A DNA stretch of 64,000 bases from a bacterium. GTDB lineage: Bacteria; Hinthialibacterota; Hinthialibacteria; Hinthialibacterales; Hinthialibacteraceae. The stretch is from NCBI GenBank assembly GCA_963662285.2, contig CAXXMV010000008.1:164242-228241 (forward strand). Reading direction: 5' to 3'. Every line of letters starts with the position of its first letter. Within the stretch, counting starts at the first letter, position 1. Below, in pieces: positions 45,781-55,242 of the stretch. A model generated the notes under the pieces. The model was given only the letters and a program-made list of their open reading frames with translations, did not search any database and had not been told where the DNA came from. The translations under genes were made by a program, and so were the position numbers.

Positions 45781-45923
45781 AGAAGAATCGCAAATATCCC
45801 ATTTAAGGATATAATGTAAATCATCCCATAATTCCTGTTTTTTCTCTCTCTTCTTCCCAAAATCCATTGAATCCTGTATTGTCATATCAAGAAATATTCA
45901 TTTTATAAGAGAGGGTATGGAAT

Positions 45924-47081
45924 ATGAAAATCAGCAAATCATTTAGCATGGCAAGCCTTCTTCTGGTGGTTGCGTTTTTCTCATCATCCGCAATGGCGCA
46001 GGAAGACTGGATTGAATTATTCAATGGAAAAGACCTTAATGGATGGAGTTACGTCCACGATGTAGATTTCGATGTTCATGACGGCAACCTGCGCCTTATC
46101 AAAGGCATGGGCTGGCTGCGCAGCGATCAACTGTATGATGATTTCATCATGGAATTCGAATGCAAAGCGCTGGTTGAAAATTATGACAGCGGTTTCTTCT
46201 TCCGCTCCAGCATAACCGGCAAACCCTGGCCTGACGCTGGCTTCCAAGTCAATCTCAAAACCGATGCCATGGCTTACCTGGTTCGCGGTTATCGCGCAAT
46301 GCTGAAAACTGAGTTGGAAACGATTCCCGTAGGAGAGTGGATGAAATTCCACCTGGAATCCAAAGGCGAGGAAGCACGATTGGAATTAAACGGTAAAGAG
46401 ATTTGGGAAGCGGATTTCATTGAACCGGAAATCGGCCTTATCGGCATCCAGGCCGAAAACCGCGCCTTTGAATTCAGAAACATGCGCCTGCAAGAGATTG
46501 GCTATACCAATCTGTTAGTCGGCCAAGGCAATGACCTGAAGCATCTAACCGTACAAGCAGGTGAAAAAGACGCCTGGTCGCTCAAAGACGGCGTTTTGAC
46601 CTGCAAAGGCAAGCAAGGCGGCTGGATCAGAACCAAGTCTGATGATTACGGCGACTTTATCCTTAAACTTGATTTCATGGTTCCCAAAGAAGGCAACAGC
46701 GGCGTCTATATCCGCACTCCGAAAGAAGGCGACGGCGCCTACACGGGCATGGAAATTCAGATACTTGATGATGACGCCAAACATTGGGGCGAATTGCAGG
46801 CCTGGCAAAAAACCGGCTCTATTTATCATGAAGTGGCGCCGTCAGTCCGCGCGACCAAACAAGCCGGCGATTGGCAGAGCATGATGATCAAAGCTGAGAA
46901 AAGCCAAATTACGATTTACGTCAATGGCGTACAGATAGTTGACGCTGATCTTGATGAATATGTTAAATCAAGCACTGATAGCAAAGCCTTGAAAGATCGC
47001 CCCCGAACGGGATATATCGGCTTTCAGAATTACGACGGCAACATCCAATACCGTAATGTTCGCGTGAAACGACTGAAATAA
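45924..47081 (+). CDS. Secreted tandem DUF1080 (3-keto-disaccharide hydrolase-like) protein
   Basis: Signal peptide. Two jelly-roll units, each starting W-x-x-LFNGKDLNGW / W-S-LKDG-VL and ending FRN-[MV]-R-[LV] (AFEFRNMRLQ, IQYRNVRVKRL). Confidence 0.8.
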   Translation: MKISKSFSMASLLLVVAFFSSSAMAQEDWIELFNGKDLNGWSYVHDVDFDVHDGNLRLIKGMGWLRSDQLYDDFIMEFECKALVENYDSGFFFRSSITGKPWPDAGFQVNLKTDAMAYLVRGYRAMLKTELETIPVGEWMKFHLESKGEEARLELNGKEIWEADFIEPEIGLIGIQAENRAFEFRNMRLQEIGYTNLLVGQGNDLKHLTVQAGEKDAWSLKDGVLTCKGKQGGWIRTKSDDYGDFILKLDFMVPKEGNSGVYIRTPKEGDGAYTGMEIQILDDDAKHWGELQAWQKTGSIYHEVAPSVRATKQAGDWQSMMIKAEKSQITIYVNGVQIVDADLDEYVKSSTDSKALKDRPRTGYIGFQNYDGNIQYRNVRVKRLK

Positions 47082-47103
47082 GTTGTATCGAGATATAACT
47101 ATT

Positions 47104-47140
47104 AACGGGGTGGATCATAGTGATCCACCCCGTTTTGGTT
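47104..47140 (+). terminator. Rho-independent terminator
   Basis: 14-bp perfect stem AACGGGGTGGATCA / TGATCCACCCCGTT, 3-nt loop, then TTTTGG. Confidence 0.75.
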
Positions 47141-47179
47141 GTGCTTATAATGACTTTTGTCCTCTGCTAAGGTAATCGT

Positions 47180-47326
47180 TATCAACCCTCTCCTAACCTC
47201 TCCCAATCTTGGGAGAGGAATGTAATTCCAAGGTTTTTTATATAACTAAGTAAAACAATATAAGATAGTTATCTTTCAAAATCCCTCTCCCTCAATTTGT
47301 GGGAGAATTCAAGAGGGGGTTGTTTT
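47180..47326 (+). repeat. MITE-like element, long form (copy L2)
   Basis: See 31769..31918. Inverted orientation relative to L1. The terminal units AACCCTCTCCTAACCTCTCCCAATCTTGGGAGAGG and its inverted partner flank an AT-rich core. Confidence 0.85.
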
Positions 47327-47347
47327 CAAACCCTTATTTCATGCAAG

Positions 47348-47599
47348 TCATTCCGTAGCTTCGTTTTGTGGATTGGATATTGATTTGGCGATTTTCACCG
47401 CCTCATCAGCATCTTTCTCAAGAACTAGAAAACGTGAATATCCTTCGGCTGGTTCAGAAGCTTGTTGGAACGATAAGGCATGAATTTTCTGAATAAAATA
47501 ATCAATGCCAGCATCATCAAAAGCATTAGCGATCAAATTTTCATGAACGTAATCCTCGGCGAAGCCAATAGGTATCATGTTTTCCTGCTCGCGATTCAT
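47348..47599 (-). CDS. Small acidic hypothetical protein (83 aa)
   Basis: ATG at 47599 is 8 nt after AGGAG and 29 nt after the upstream stop. The longer track ORF (to 47680) would overlap the upstream gene. Confidence 0.5.
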   Translation of the reverse strand: MNREQENMIPIGFAEDYVHENLIANAFDDAGIDYFIQKIHALSFQQASEPAEGYSRFLVLEKDADEAVKIAKSISNPQNEATE

Positions 47600-47627
47600 T
47601 ATTGATTCTCCTAAAGTTTGAACAACT

Positions 47628-49271
47628 CTAATAAATAGACCAATCACCAACAGCTGATATTCCAGGATCATTGGGGTCAAGGATCACGCCGCTGCCCCAG
47701 CGCACCCAATCAACCGTCATCGTACCGGAACTAGGACCAGGCCATCCGATATCCACGCGGCCATCACGATCCACCTCAGGCCATCCAACCCATCCGGTAC
47801 CGTGGAAGGTTACGGCTGGTTGGCTGAAATCTCTGTTAACATAGACGTCATATTCACACTGCTCACCAAGGGCGGCGGTATTGTTGGGATCAATCAGCGA
47901 ATCCGAGCGCGATTCTTCATTGAAACGGCATACCACCGTAATGGTATTGAATTGCGTCATATCTTGATCAAAAACTGGCTCATCGCCATTCAGGTTCCAA
48001 CCGCCTAAGCGATCCTGGGCGAAACTGGGCTGCCATGATTCTCCACCGGGATGATATTCATCCGTCATCAAGCAAGCGATAGTGCAATGCGGTCCACTAG
48101 CATCGGCGCCGCCTTCTTCATCTATGCGGAAATTGGCTTCGACGGTATATGGAACTACCCAGGCCGTTTCATGCACCATATAAAAATTGGCGTCTTCCTT
48201 ATCATCAGTAATAGCCACTGTTCCATCAGTATTCTGAGTTAAGACGCCTTGCGCATTGGAACCATAGGGTTCCCATCCTTCGGCGACATAATCGGTTAAT
48301 TCACTGGTTACGTCCCAATTACCCATATCAATCTGAGCCAATTGGGCGTCAAAGCCTTCGGCTACGCCAGAGCGGTATAGCCCGGTAGCGTCATTTCTAC
48401 CGCCGCGCCACATCATGAATTTGCCTTTGCCCAGATAAACCACTGAAGCGTAATAGTTGCGGTTTTCGTTCCATGATCCAGCCTCACCAAGGCCGCCTAC
48501 ATCGTTGATCGGATCCCATTGCTCCCAGTTAAATCCATCCGATGAAACCAGGTATTGGTTTTCGGTATTGGATGCGAAAGCCCACATGCGGTAGTCATTC
48601 TGACCAATGGAAATCACACAGGTCGGATGCATAGCGGGTGGAAATGGAACAATATCAAAGTCATAAAATTCATAGCCATCGGTTGAGGAAGCCATCATTA
48701 TTCCGCTGCCAGAATTGTAAAACATTCGAAATGGTTCTAATTGGCCTGGCATATATAATACCGCATGACCATCAGGATAAGTTCCAAGATCGGAATCTTC
48801 AGCAGATATGGACCTTTGATCGTTTTCAAAATTAATCCCATCAACGCTCTCAGCTACCCGCACTTGCCAAATCTCTTCTGGATAGCAATAATAATAAATC
48901 CGGAATGGTTTATCCCATGACGGCTCATACAGTACAACCGGACGTCCGCCGATCATCTCACCTTCAGTGTTCAGTCCATTAACTTTCACCTGATTAGTCC
49001 AAGTGATGCCATCCGCCGATTGGGCATAGGCTAATCCGTTAATGCTGGCGAAATCAAACCAGATGCGGAAGCGGGATTCTTCAGGCCAAGTCTCATTATA
49101 AAGTACATAAGGCATATATGACCGGTCACCCACTTCATTCAACTCTAATGGATTAACATCAGCACGGTCAGTCCATTCTATAGACCATTTCTCTTGAGAA
49201 TTTGCGGTCAAGGGGATAAAAAGCAACCCTAGAACACAAATACAACAACATTGTTGCACCCAACTTTTCAT
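47628..49271 (-). CDS. Secreted protein: N-terminal beta-propeller (glycoside-hydrolase-like) region plus C-terminal jelly-roll, with W-x-I-Y tail
   Basis: ATG at 49271 (MKSW...) is 8 nt after GGAGGA. Signal peptide. Repeated W/Y-rich blade-like segments. Ends ...VGDWSIY. The fold assignment is tentative. Confidence 0.5.
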   Translation of the reverse strand: MKSWVQQCCCICVLGLLFIPLTANSQEKWSIEWTDRADVNPLELNEVGDRSYMPYVLYNETWPEESRFRIWFDFASINGLAYAQSADGITWTNQVKVNGLNTEGEMIGGRPVVLYEPSWDKPFRIYYYCYPEEIWQVRVAESVDGINFENDQRSISAEDSDLGTYPDGHAVLYMPGQLEPFRMFYNSGSGIMMASSTDGYEFYDFDIVPFPPAMHPTCVISIGQNDYRMWAFASNTENQYLVSSDGFNWEQWDPINDVGGLGEAGSWNENRNYYASVVYLGKGKFMMWRGGRNDATGLYRSGVAEGFDAQLAQIDMGNWDVTSELTDYVAEGWEPYGSNAQGVLTQNTDGTVAITDDKEDANFYMVHETAWVVPYTVEANFRIDEEGGADASGPHCTIACLMTDEYHPGGESWQPSFAQDRLGGWNLNGDEPVFDQDMTQFNTITVVCRFNEESRSDSLIDPNNTAALGEQCEYDVYVNRDFSQPAVTFHGTGWVGWPEVDRDGRVDIGWPGPSSGTMTVDWVRWGSGVILDPNDPGISAVGDWSIY

Positions 49272-49439
49272 GTTCATAATCCTCCATTTTGTGTAGTTTA
49301 AAAAAACGCCTGAATTCATTTATACTAAATTAACAGTGATATGTCAATCGTATGTGTTATTAAGTATCAATTCGTAATACGGAATTGTGATTCTCTGGCC
49401 GGATAACATAAGATATTCAAGTTATAAACCTGCAGAAAT

Positions 49440-49480
49440 TAAAAAATGCCAAGAGCAAGTAATTCATCCGCTCTTGGCAT
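49440..49480 (-). terminator. Rho-independent terminator of the pseudopilin gene
   Basis: On the minus strand ATGCCAAGAGC - loop - GCTCTTGGCAT is followed by TTTTTT. The stem shares ATGCCAAGAGCAAG with the palindrome at 22948. Confidence 0.7.
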
Positions 49481-49508
49481 GTATTTTGGTTATGAATATG
49501 TAACAATT

Positions 49509-50075
49509 CTACTGGTTATGAACTCCACGCGCAGTGGCGATAAAGTCGCCGGAAGATATCAGGCCGTTTGATGCCTGATATAGGAAGAAAAGTGGTTGAT
49601 CGCTGCGTCCTGAAAGCCTATCCATGGAATCCGTGCTCCAAGGCATATCGAGATCTGTATCCGGACCGAAACTGATCATTACGAATCCAAGACCAGTTTT
49701 AGTGATATAATCCTGTTTCCCATAATCGTAATAATTTCTTACATTACTGCCTTCATCTGATCGACCAGTTTTTGCGGTAAAGAAGTCGCGACAGATTTCC
49801 ACACTGCTAATGTAGGCCACTGGAGTAGTCAGGAACTTGAATGACCTTGCTTCATCATTAGGACCAGCGACGTCAGGCGGATAATCATTATTATCCATAC
49901 GATACATTTGCAGCGCTGTAGTGATGGCCCGAAAATCGGCTTGCAGGCGGGCTATTTTAGCTTTCAATTGAGCGTTCAAAAAGTTTGGAACCGCAATGGC
50001 GGCCAAAATGCCGATAATAGCCACAACGATCAGCAGTTCAATAAGAGTAAAACCTTTACGTTTTTGCTTAAGCAT
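49509..50075 (-). CDS. Prepilin-type N-terminal cleavage/methylation protein (GspG-like pseudopilin)
   Basis: ATG at 50075. KGFTLIELLIVVAIIGILAAIAVPNF class III signal, followed by a GspG-like helix (RLQADFRAITTALQMYRMDNNDYPP). Confidence 0.75.
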   Translation of the reverse strand: MLKQKRKGFTLIELLIVVAIIGILAAIAVPNFLNAQLKAKIARLQADFRAITTALQMYRMDNNDYPPDVAGPNDEARSFKFLTTPVAYISSVEICRDFFTAKTGRSDEGSNVRNYYDYGKQDYITKTGLGFVMISFGPDTDLDMPWSTDSMDRLSGRSDQPLFFLYQASNGLISSGDFIATARGVHNQ

Positions 50076-50177
50076 AAGTTTTTTGTTCGTAACCTTTCCA
50101 TAAAGAATAATCATTAATCTAATATGCCATAAACATAAGTATAGTTGATGTATAAGAATTACTGAGGGTGATAACGT

Positions 50178-50840
50178 CTATTTTTGTAATGCTTGCTTGA
50201 TATGCTTCACCACTTGCTCAGCTAATTGCTTTGATCCCTCATCGGTGTAATGTACATTGACCGGTATTTGAATATCCTTTAAGCGAGGGAATGCAAATCC
50301 ATATAAATCATTTACTTGAACATTATACCGTTTCATAATTTTAAGCGCTGCTTCATTATAACGAATCACATCAGCGGGATCGCGTCTAGGGCTTACTTTT
50401 CCTTCTGGAACCGGAGTCGTGCTGCACCAGATCAAAGCGGCTTCAGTTTGTTTCAAACGCTTGACCAAACGCTCCAGCATAAGCGCATAATATTCCAAAG
50501 GAACCTGATGTTTACCATCATCAAGGTATTTAAGGTCATGCAATCCCCAGTTGAAGTGAATTACGTCCCACTTCGTTTTTCCGATCCAGTTATCGATATT
50601 ATCCCAACCTCTAATTGTCGGGCCGCCATTAGTTGGAATCCGGTGAACATTGGCGATTCCCTTGAGCATCTCGCGGGTTTGCAAGGTATATCCAATAGAG
50701 ATTGAATCGCCGATCAAAAGAACTCTCGGCAAAGCTGGATCATCTATAATCTCGTCAAAAACAGAATTCTTTTGCTGCTGGGCGTCCGCCGTCGCAAATC
50801 CTGCCAAAAGCATAACAACAATAAGCAAATTTCGTTTCAT
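50178..50840 (-). CDS. Secreted SGNH/GDSL-family hydrolase
   Basis: ATG at 50840 is 8 nt after AAGGGGA. Signal peptide. Block I LLIGDSISIGY, NWGLHD, and a terminal HYTDEG block. Confidence 0.75.
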   Translation of the reverse strand: MKRNLLIVVMLLAGFATADAQQQKNSVFDEIIDDPALPRVLLIGDSISIGYTLQTREMLKGIANVHRIPTNGGPTIRGWDNIDNWIGKTKWDVIHFNWGLHDLKYLDDGKHQVPLEYYALMLERLVKRLKQTEAALIWCSTTPVPEGKVSPRRDPADVIRYNEAALKIMKRYNVQVNDLYGFAFPRLKDIQIPVNVHYTDEGSKQLAEQVVKHIKQALQK

Positions 50841-50889
50841 AATAAGATTCCCCTTCTTGAAATTATTTATATCAAATGTTCTCAAGTTT

Positions 50890-51726
50890 TTACTGTTGAT
50901 AAACCGAAACAATATTCAAACCTGTGAGTTCTATTAAGCGGTCTTCTATTGCCCTTGCTTCCTCAATGCTGATTGCCCGTAATGGTGTGGATTCATAGGG
51001 ACGTAGTTCTTTGTTGTGTCCCCCGCGTGCAGCGATATGCCACGATTTGGGGTAAGGCCGGGTTGGAGTATTAAGTTGAACCTCATGCGGTTGAATATCA
51101 ATCAATATTTCGGCGAGCTGATCAACATCACCCTTATTCAAGGGTAAGAACATAACTTGCACGCCTAACACTCCATTAAATCGGGTCTTAAAATGCTTGG
51201 CGCCCTGAACAATCGATTGCAGGGTTACTCCATCAACCGGGCGATTGATGCGCTGAAATTGTTCCTCACTGGCAGCGTCAATTTTAACAAAGACGCGATC
51301 CACTTTCTGCAAGTCGGCGATTACTTCAGGGTCATTTAATAGAGTCCCATTAGTAAGAACCAACTGGGGGATGTCGGTTATTTTGGCAATTTGACTGGCA
51401 ACATCACCCAGATTCCGGGCTAAAGTCGGCTCACCGCTGCCGCTATAGGTAATAATGTCGGATTTCCGCCATAAACTGGTTTTGAAATCGTCTATTACTT
51501 TTGAAGTTTTAACAAATTCCTTACGCTGGTTTGAAACTATTTGTATAGAACCAAGTTGACAGTAGATGCAATTAAACGAGCAGACCGAAGTTTCTAAGAT
51601 CAGATCAATGCCCAAAGATTGGCCAACTCTCCATGAAAGGACAGGACCATACACAGTTGATTCAAATTCATTGTTGTCTTTTTTCATCATCTCTAATCCT
51701 GGAACGTAGTTATTTAGTTTTAACAT
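50890..51726 (-). CDS. Radical SAM protein
   Basis: CSFNCIYCQ (CxxxCxxC) preceded by YGPVLSWRVGQSLGIDL, and a GSGEPTL glycine-rich SAM motif. Confidence 0.8.
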   Translation of the reverse strand: MLKLNNYVPGLEMMKKDNNEFESTVYGPVLSWRVGQSLGIDLILETSVCSFNCIYCQLGSIQIVSNQRKEFVKTSKVIDDFKTSLWRKSDIITYSGSGEPTLARNLGDVASQIAKITDIPQLVLTNGTLLNDPEVIADLQKVDRVFVKIDAASEEQFQRINRPVDGVTLQSIVQGAKHFKTRFNGVLGVQVMFLPLNKGDVDQLAEILIDIQPHEVQLNTPTRPYPKSWHIAARGGHNKELRPYESTPLRAISIEEARAIEDRLIELTGLNIVSVYQQ

Positions 51727-52562
51727 TATCTAAAATATTCAAGTATCGCCTATCCATTCAGAAAAGATTCTACAAGTTAATTATTACTTATTTCAAAAAT
51801 TAACCAATGTAGACATTACTATAATGACTAATATATAAATTATTATGGGAACTTAACTCTAATATAGTCAACATGTGTCAATAAACATATCTTGACTATC
51901 AATATTATGTAATCTTTCTAAAATGTTTTTATTATTTTTATATAGGTTTTTATATCAACCCATATCTAAACGAGTTTTGCCAAAATTGACAAACCTCATA
52001 ATTGATAATGTTGGTAAAATAAAATGGATACAAAAAATATTTCTATTTTCTGAATAAATAAGGGATTTTTCAATATTACGCTAATATAAAAGTAATCATT
52101 ATCGATAATTATGGGAAATAAAAAAGATTGAATAACCGACAGCGCTATAACTTTAATTATTGAACATACTATTATAATTACACTTATATAACTTATAATA
52201 AAGTTAATTATTAATTATAATTGTCGTCATATATTTTTTATTGGCTAGCGAAGTCATGAGATGTCAAGATTATAATAATCGAATAATATCTTTTTTCATA
52301 TAAAATCACTGAGAAACTCTGTTGAAAACCTGTGAATATTTTGTTCATAAGGCACTGTTTTTTAATTATTTATATCAGATTATTTTATTTAAAATAGAGA
52401 TATCTCCTATCATTAAGTGTAAACTTTTAAAAAAAATCTCTTGACGATTTGTTTGAGTTGTATAAACTATGTATTCGGATACAGTTTATTTACTTGCTTT
52501 AATGTTCAAATTTTCAATTCTAATTATTAAGTATTAGTCATTTTTGTCGCAAATATCTTATC

Positions 52563-53054
52563 GTGTTATTATTAGGTAGTAGCAGGGATGTTAACTTAGC
52601 CCCTGCTATTGTTCTGGAAAAAAACGCTGTTTTGTTCTGGATGTCAAGTTTTTGTTATTTACTATTAGGAGTTAAGCGTTTGCCACACGTAGTTATTTCT
52701 GGGGACGCACCTGGAATAGACCTTAGTCAGGACCTGGTTCCAATTTCTTACAAGGACGATGCTTACCGCATCAAGACTGAAGATATTTATATTGAACGCC
52801 AAGGAAACAAGGCGCTAATATCGACAATTGTTATTGAGGAAGGACATCCTCAAACGTTCTATATCCTTGTTACGAAAAACTGTACCGAGAATCACCTGAC
52901 TATTCGTCTTGATCCATCCACAGATCCAATCAAAACCTGCGGCGTCAAACGTTCTATTGCTGTGGTGGCAGAGGATTTAATCGGTCGAAAACCGAACCTG
53001 GCCATTGAGCGGCATAATATACAAGATTATCTGGATTCTACAGTATCCCTATAG
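52563..53054 (+). CDS. Hypothetical protein, no recognisable domain; start uncertain
   Basis: Track ORF starts at GTG 52563. An alternative TTG start (codon L of ...KRLPHVV, about 52679) lies about 8 nt after AGGAG and would give a ~125-aa product. Confidence 0.45.
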   Translation: MLLLGSSRDVNLAPAIVLEKNAVLFWMSSFCYLLLGVKRLPHVVISGDAPGIDLSQDLVPISYKDDAYRIKTEDIYIERQGNKALISTIVIEEGHPQTFYILVTKNCTENHLTIRLDPSTDPIKTCGVKRSIAVVAEDLIGRKPNLAIERHNIQDYLDSTVSL

Positions 53055-53163
53055 TCTATGTGGAAACTAACTTATCTAGATAAGAAAGGAGATTCTTTCG
53101 AAACCGAGCAATTCTAGTAAACAGTAAGAATCTGCCGAGTAACGGAAGAGATGGTTGTAATCG

Positions 53164-53883
53164 ATGGAAACTATCCAGAAGAAAAATGAAGCAACCTCAA
53201 AAAGCGCCCGTGAAGCCATCGAAAATCATCTGGTGCAGGAATGGGGTATGGCGCCGGAGACGGCGCGGCGGTTCGTAAACCGCCAACCAGGCTTAACCCT
53301 TAATGAAGCTGTTCTGTATATGAGGTCTGTAACGCGAGGCTATCGGCTTTTATACAAACGTACGCATGGCCAACGCATCAGCCCGATTCTTTTGCGTCGT
53401 GCAGCTGAAATGGCTATGGAACGCACTGCTCGACGGCGACAACCTTTGACGGAAAAGGATTTGCAGTATTTATTGCAACAAGCCAGAGATTCAACCGATG
53501 CTGATATCGCACGAAAAAGCGATCCCCAAACCGAAGAAGGACGCATCCGTATTCTTCGTCCGCTTCGTGAAGCTGTCATGTGCGAAGAAGACGCCATAAC
53601 CCGCAACCGGCTGCTTGGAGTTGCGGAAGTATTTATCATTAATAGTTACGTGCTTAACAAACAAGGTTTGATCAACGAATGCCTTCAGCAGGAAGAGATT
53701 TTTCCCAACCGCCGTACGGTAGATGAAACACTTGAAATTTTGCGCACCTCATATGAAGCGCTGGGCTTCTCCAAAGACGATGTATTTATCGCATCAGCTT
53801 ATCTAGATGTACCTTATGGCAAAGTGGACACGCGTAAGAAAAAGAAGGTCATGGAAAACATTGCACCGAGTATTACAGGGTAA
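53164..53883 (+). CDS. Hypothetical helical protein, arginine-rich, no recognisable domain
   Basis: 239-aa ORF followed by a strong terminator. GC-normal coding in an otherwise AT-rich neighbourhood. Confidence 0.55.
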   Translation: METIQKKNEATSKSAREAIENHLVQEWGMAPETARRFVNRQPGLTLNEAVLYMRSVTRGYRLLYKRTHGQRISPILLRRAAEMAMERTARRRQPLTEKDLQYLLQQARDSTDADIARKSDPQTEEGRIRILRPLREAVMCEEDAITRNRLLGVAEVFIINSYVLNKQGLINECLQQEEIFPNRRTVDETLEILRTSYEALGFSKDDVFIASAYLDVPYGKVDTRKKKKVMENIAPSITG

Positions 53884-53908
53884 CAACCTTTACCAATATA
53901 GACAATTA

Positions 53909-53940
53909 AGCCGCGCTGAAAAGCGCGGCTTTTTTATTTT
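53909..53940 (+). terminator. Rho-independent terminator
   Basis: AGCCGCGCT-GAAA-AGCGCGGCT followed by TTTTTTATTTT. Confidence 0.85.
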
Positions 53941-54024
53941 TCATCAGAATTATTTTTGAAAATTTATATTTACTTGTCCATTTTTCGTAAAAAATATTGT
54001 ATAGAATTATAAGAGGAAAAATTA

Positions 54025-54594
54025 ATGTCAGAAAATGCACAAGATTCGATCATCCGGCGTATTGGCAGAGATGATCCATCAGTATACGCCGATATCATCC
54101 GTATTTATGCGGATGATGTGATGCGATTGTGCTTCCTCATACTAGGCCATCAACAAGATGCAGAAGAAATACTCCAGGAAACCCTGGTGAAGTTTGTTAC
54201 TTTGGTAAGAGAAGGAAAATTCCGACAGCAAAATGGTTCCATCAAGGGATTATTAATGACCTGCGCCAAAAATCTTTGCTTTAACCACTTAAAGAAAAAG
54301 TTAATTATTCTCTCTTTTCAAGATGATGAAACAAATCTTCCATCCATTCTTAAGGAAAATTGGACTCCCATGCGACATTTGGAGGAAAAAGGAAAACAAG
54401 ACTTATTAGAATTCGCCATCATGAAACTACCCGATTCACAACGAATTGTTTTAACGCTCCGAGAACTAAATGGTGAATCGTATCAGGAAATCGCTGAAAC
54501 ATTACGAATAACCATTGAGAACGTTCGCAAAACGCTCTATCGGGCGAGAAAAAATTTGAGAGCGATTTTAACGCCATATCGAGATCAATTATGA
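54025..54594 (+). CDS. ECF-type RNA polymerase sigma-70 factor
   Basis: Region 2 (DAEEILQETLVKFV) and region 4 HTH (RIVLTLRELNGESYQEIAETLRITIENVRKTLYRARKNL). Confidence 0.9.
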   Translation: MSENAQDSIIRRIGRDDPSVYADIIRIYADDVMRLCFLILGHQQDAEEILQETLVKFVTLVREGKFRQQNGSIKGLLMTCAKNLCFNHLKKKLIILSFQDDETNLPSILKENWTPMRHLEEKGKQDLLEFAIMKLPDSQRIVLTLRELNGESYQEIAETLRITIENVRKTLYRARKNLRAILTPYRDQL

Positions 54595-55220
54595 ACGGTA
54601 AAAAACGGCAAGATTTAGAAGAACGCCTTTCTCAGAGTTTCGACGCAGGTCTTCAACACGGCGAAACACCTGAAGAAAATTCTATTATGAAAGATTATCG
54701 GGATATCCAATCTTCTGTTCGTTCATTCAGTTCTATTCAATATAATCAGAAAATCTTAAAAAGAAGGATCGAGCAAGATAGCCAGATAAAGAAAAAGACC
54801 TGGAAATATTTCGCTGCGGCGGCATGTTTCGCCATTATTATCTGCGGAGCCGGGTTACTGCTAACTCTTTCATCCCACCGCACTCCCCAGCCAATCTTAC
54901 GGTTTTCTTTTTCTGATAACTCTATAATTCCGGCTCAAATCGCCGACGAATTAAAAAGTGATTTGCTAGTAGGGAAAACGATTGTAGTCCCTTACGATGA
55001 GACGCTAAACATAGAACTCGAAGATGGAACCCGTCTAATTGGCGCTAACCAAGCGATTTTGAGCCTCGATTTCATCGGTCGGCGCCAAGTCGCCTTGTCT
55101 GCTGGCGCCATAGAAATTCACGCTTCAAAAAACAAAGACATTCCGCTTGTAGTTGATCTGCCTATGGGAACTGTTCAAGTCGTGGGGACGGTTTTCCATA
55201 TTGAATTATCCGATGAGTAA
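54591..55220 (+). CDS. Anti-sigma factor, single TM, FecR-like C-terminal domain
   Basis: ATGA overlap with the sigma gene. TM (YFAAAACFAIIICGAGLLL). FecR-like beta region (LEDGTRLIGANQAILSL...GTVQVVGTVFHIE). Confidence 0.6.
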   Translation: MNGKKRQDLEERLSQSFDAGLQHGETPEENSIMKDYRDIQSSVRSFSSIQYNQKILKRRIEQDSQIKKKTWKYFAAAACFAIIICGAGLLLTLSSHRTPQPILRFSFSDNSIIPAQIADELKSDLLVGKTIVVPYDETLNIELEDGTRLIGANQAILSLDFIGRRQVALSAGAIEIHASKNKDIPLVVDLPMGTVQVVGTVFHIELSDE

Positions 55221-55242
55221 ATAAAGATCGGGGAGTTATAGA

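Noticed and set aside
45608-45802. 64-aa minus-strand ORF (ESGYSGFSGCSGF...)
   Set aside because: It lies entirely inside MITE copy B2, and its sequence is dictated by the repeat. It is a typical spurious repeat-derived ORF.
15093-47326. GGGGGAG-hairpin repeats considered as a CRISPR array
   Set aside because: The copies are kilobases apart, palindromic, in mixed orientation and without regular spacers. No cas genes are present. They are REP/MITE-like, not CRISPR.
47600-47680. N-terminal extension of the small ORF 47348..47680
   Set aside because: It would overlap the 3' end of the upstream gene by 53 nt. The internal ATG at 47599 has a good AGGAG at -8.
36057-51726. Memo gene (36057) and radical SAM gene (50890) as one AmmeMemoRadiSam system
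   Set aside because: They are 13.5 kb apart on opposite strands, and no AMMECR1 gene is in the window. The radical SAM N-terminus (YGPVLSWRVGQSLG...CSFNCIYCQ) looks like a different radical-SAM subgroup.
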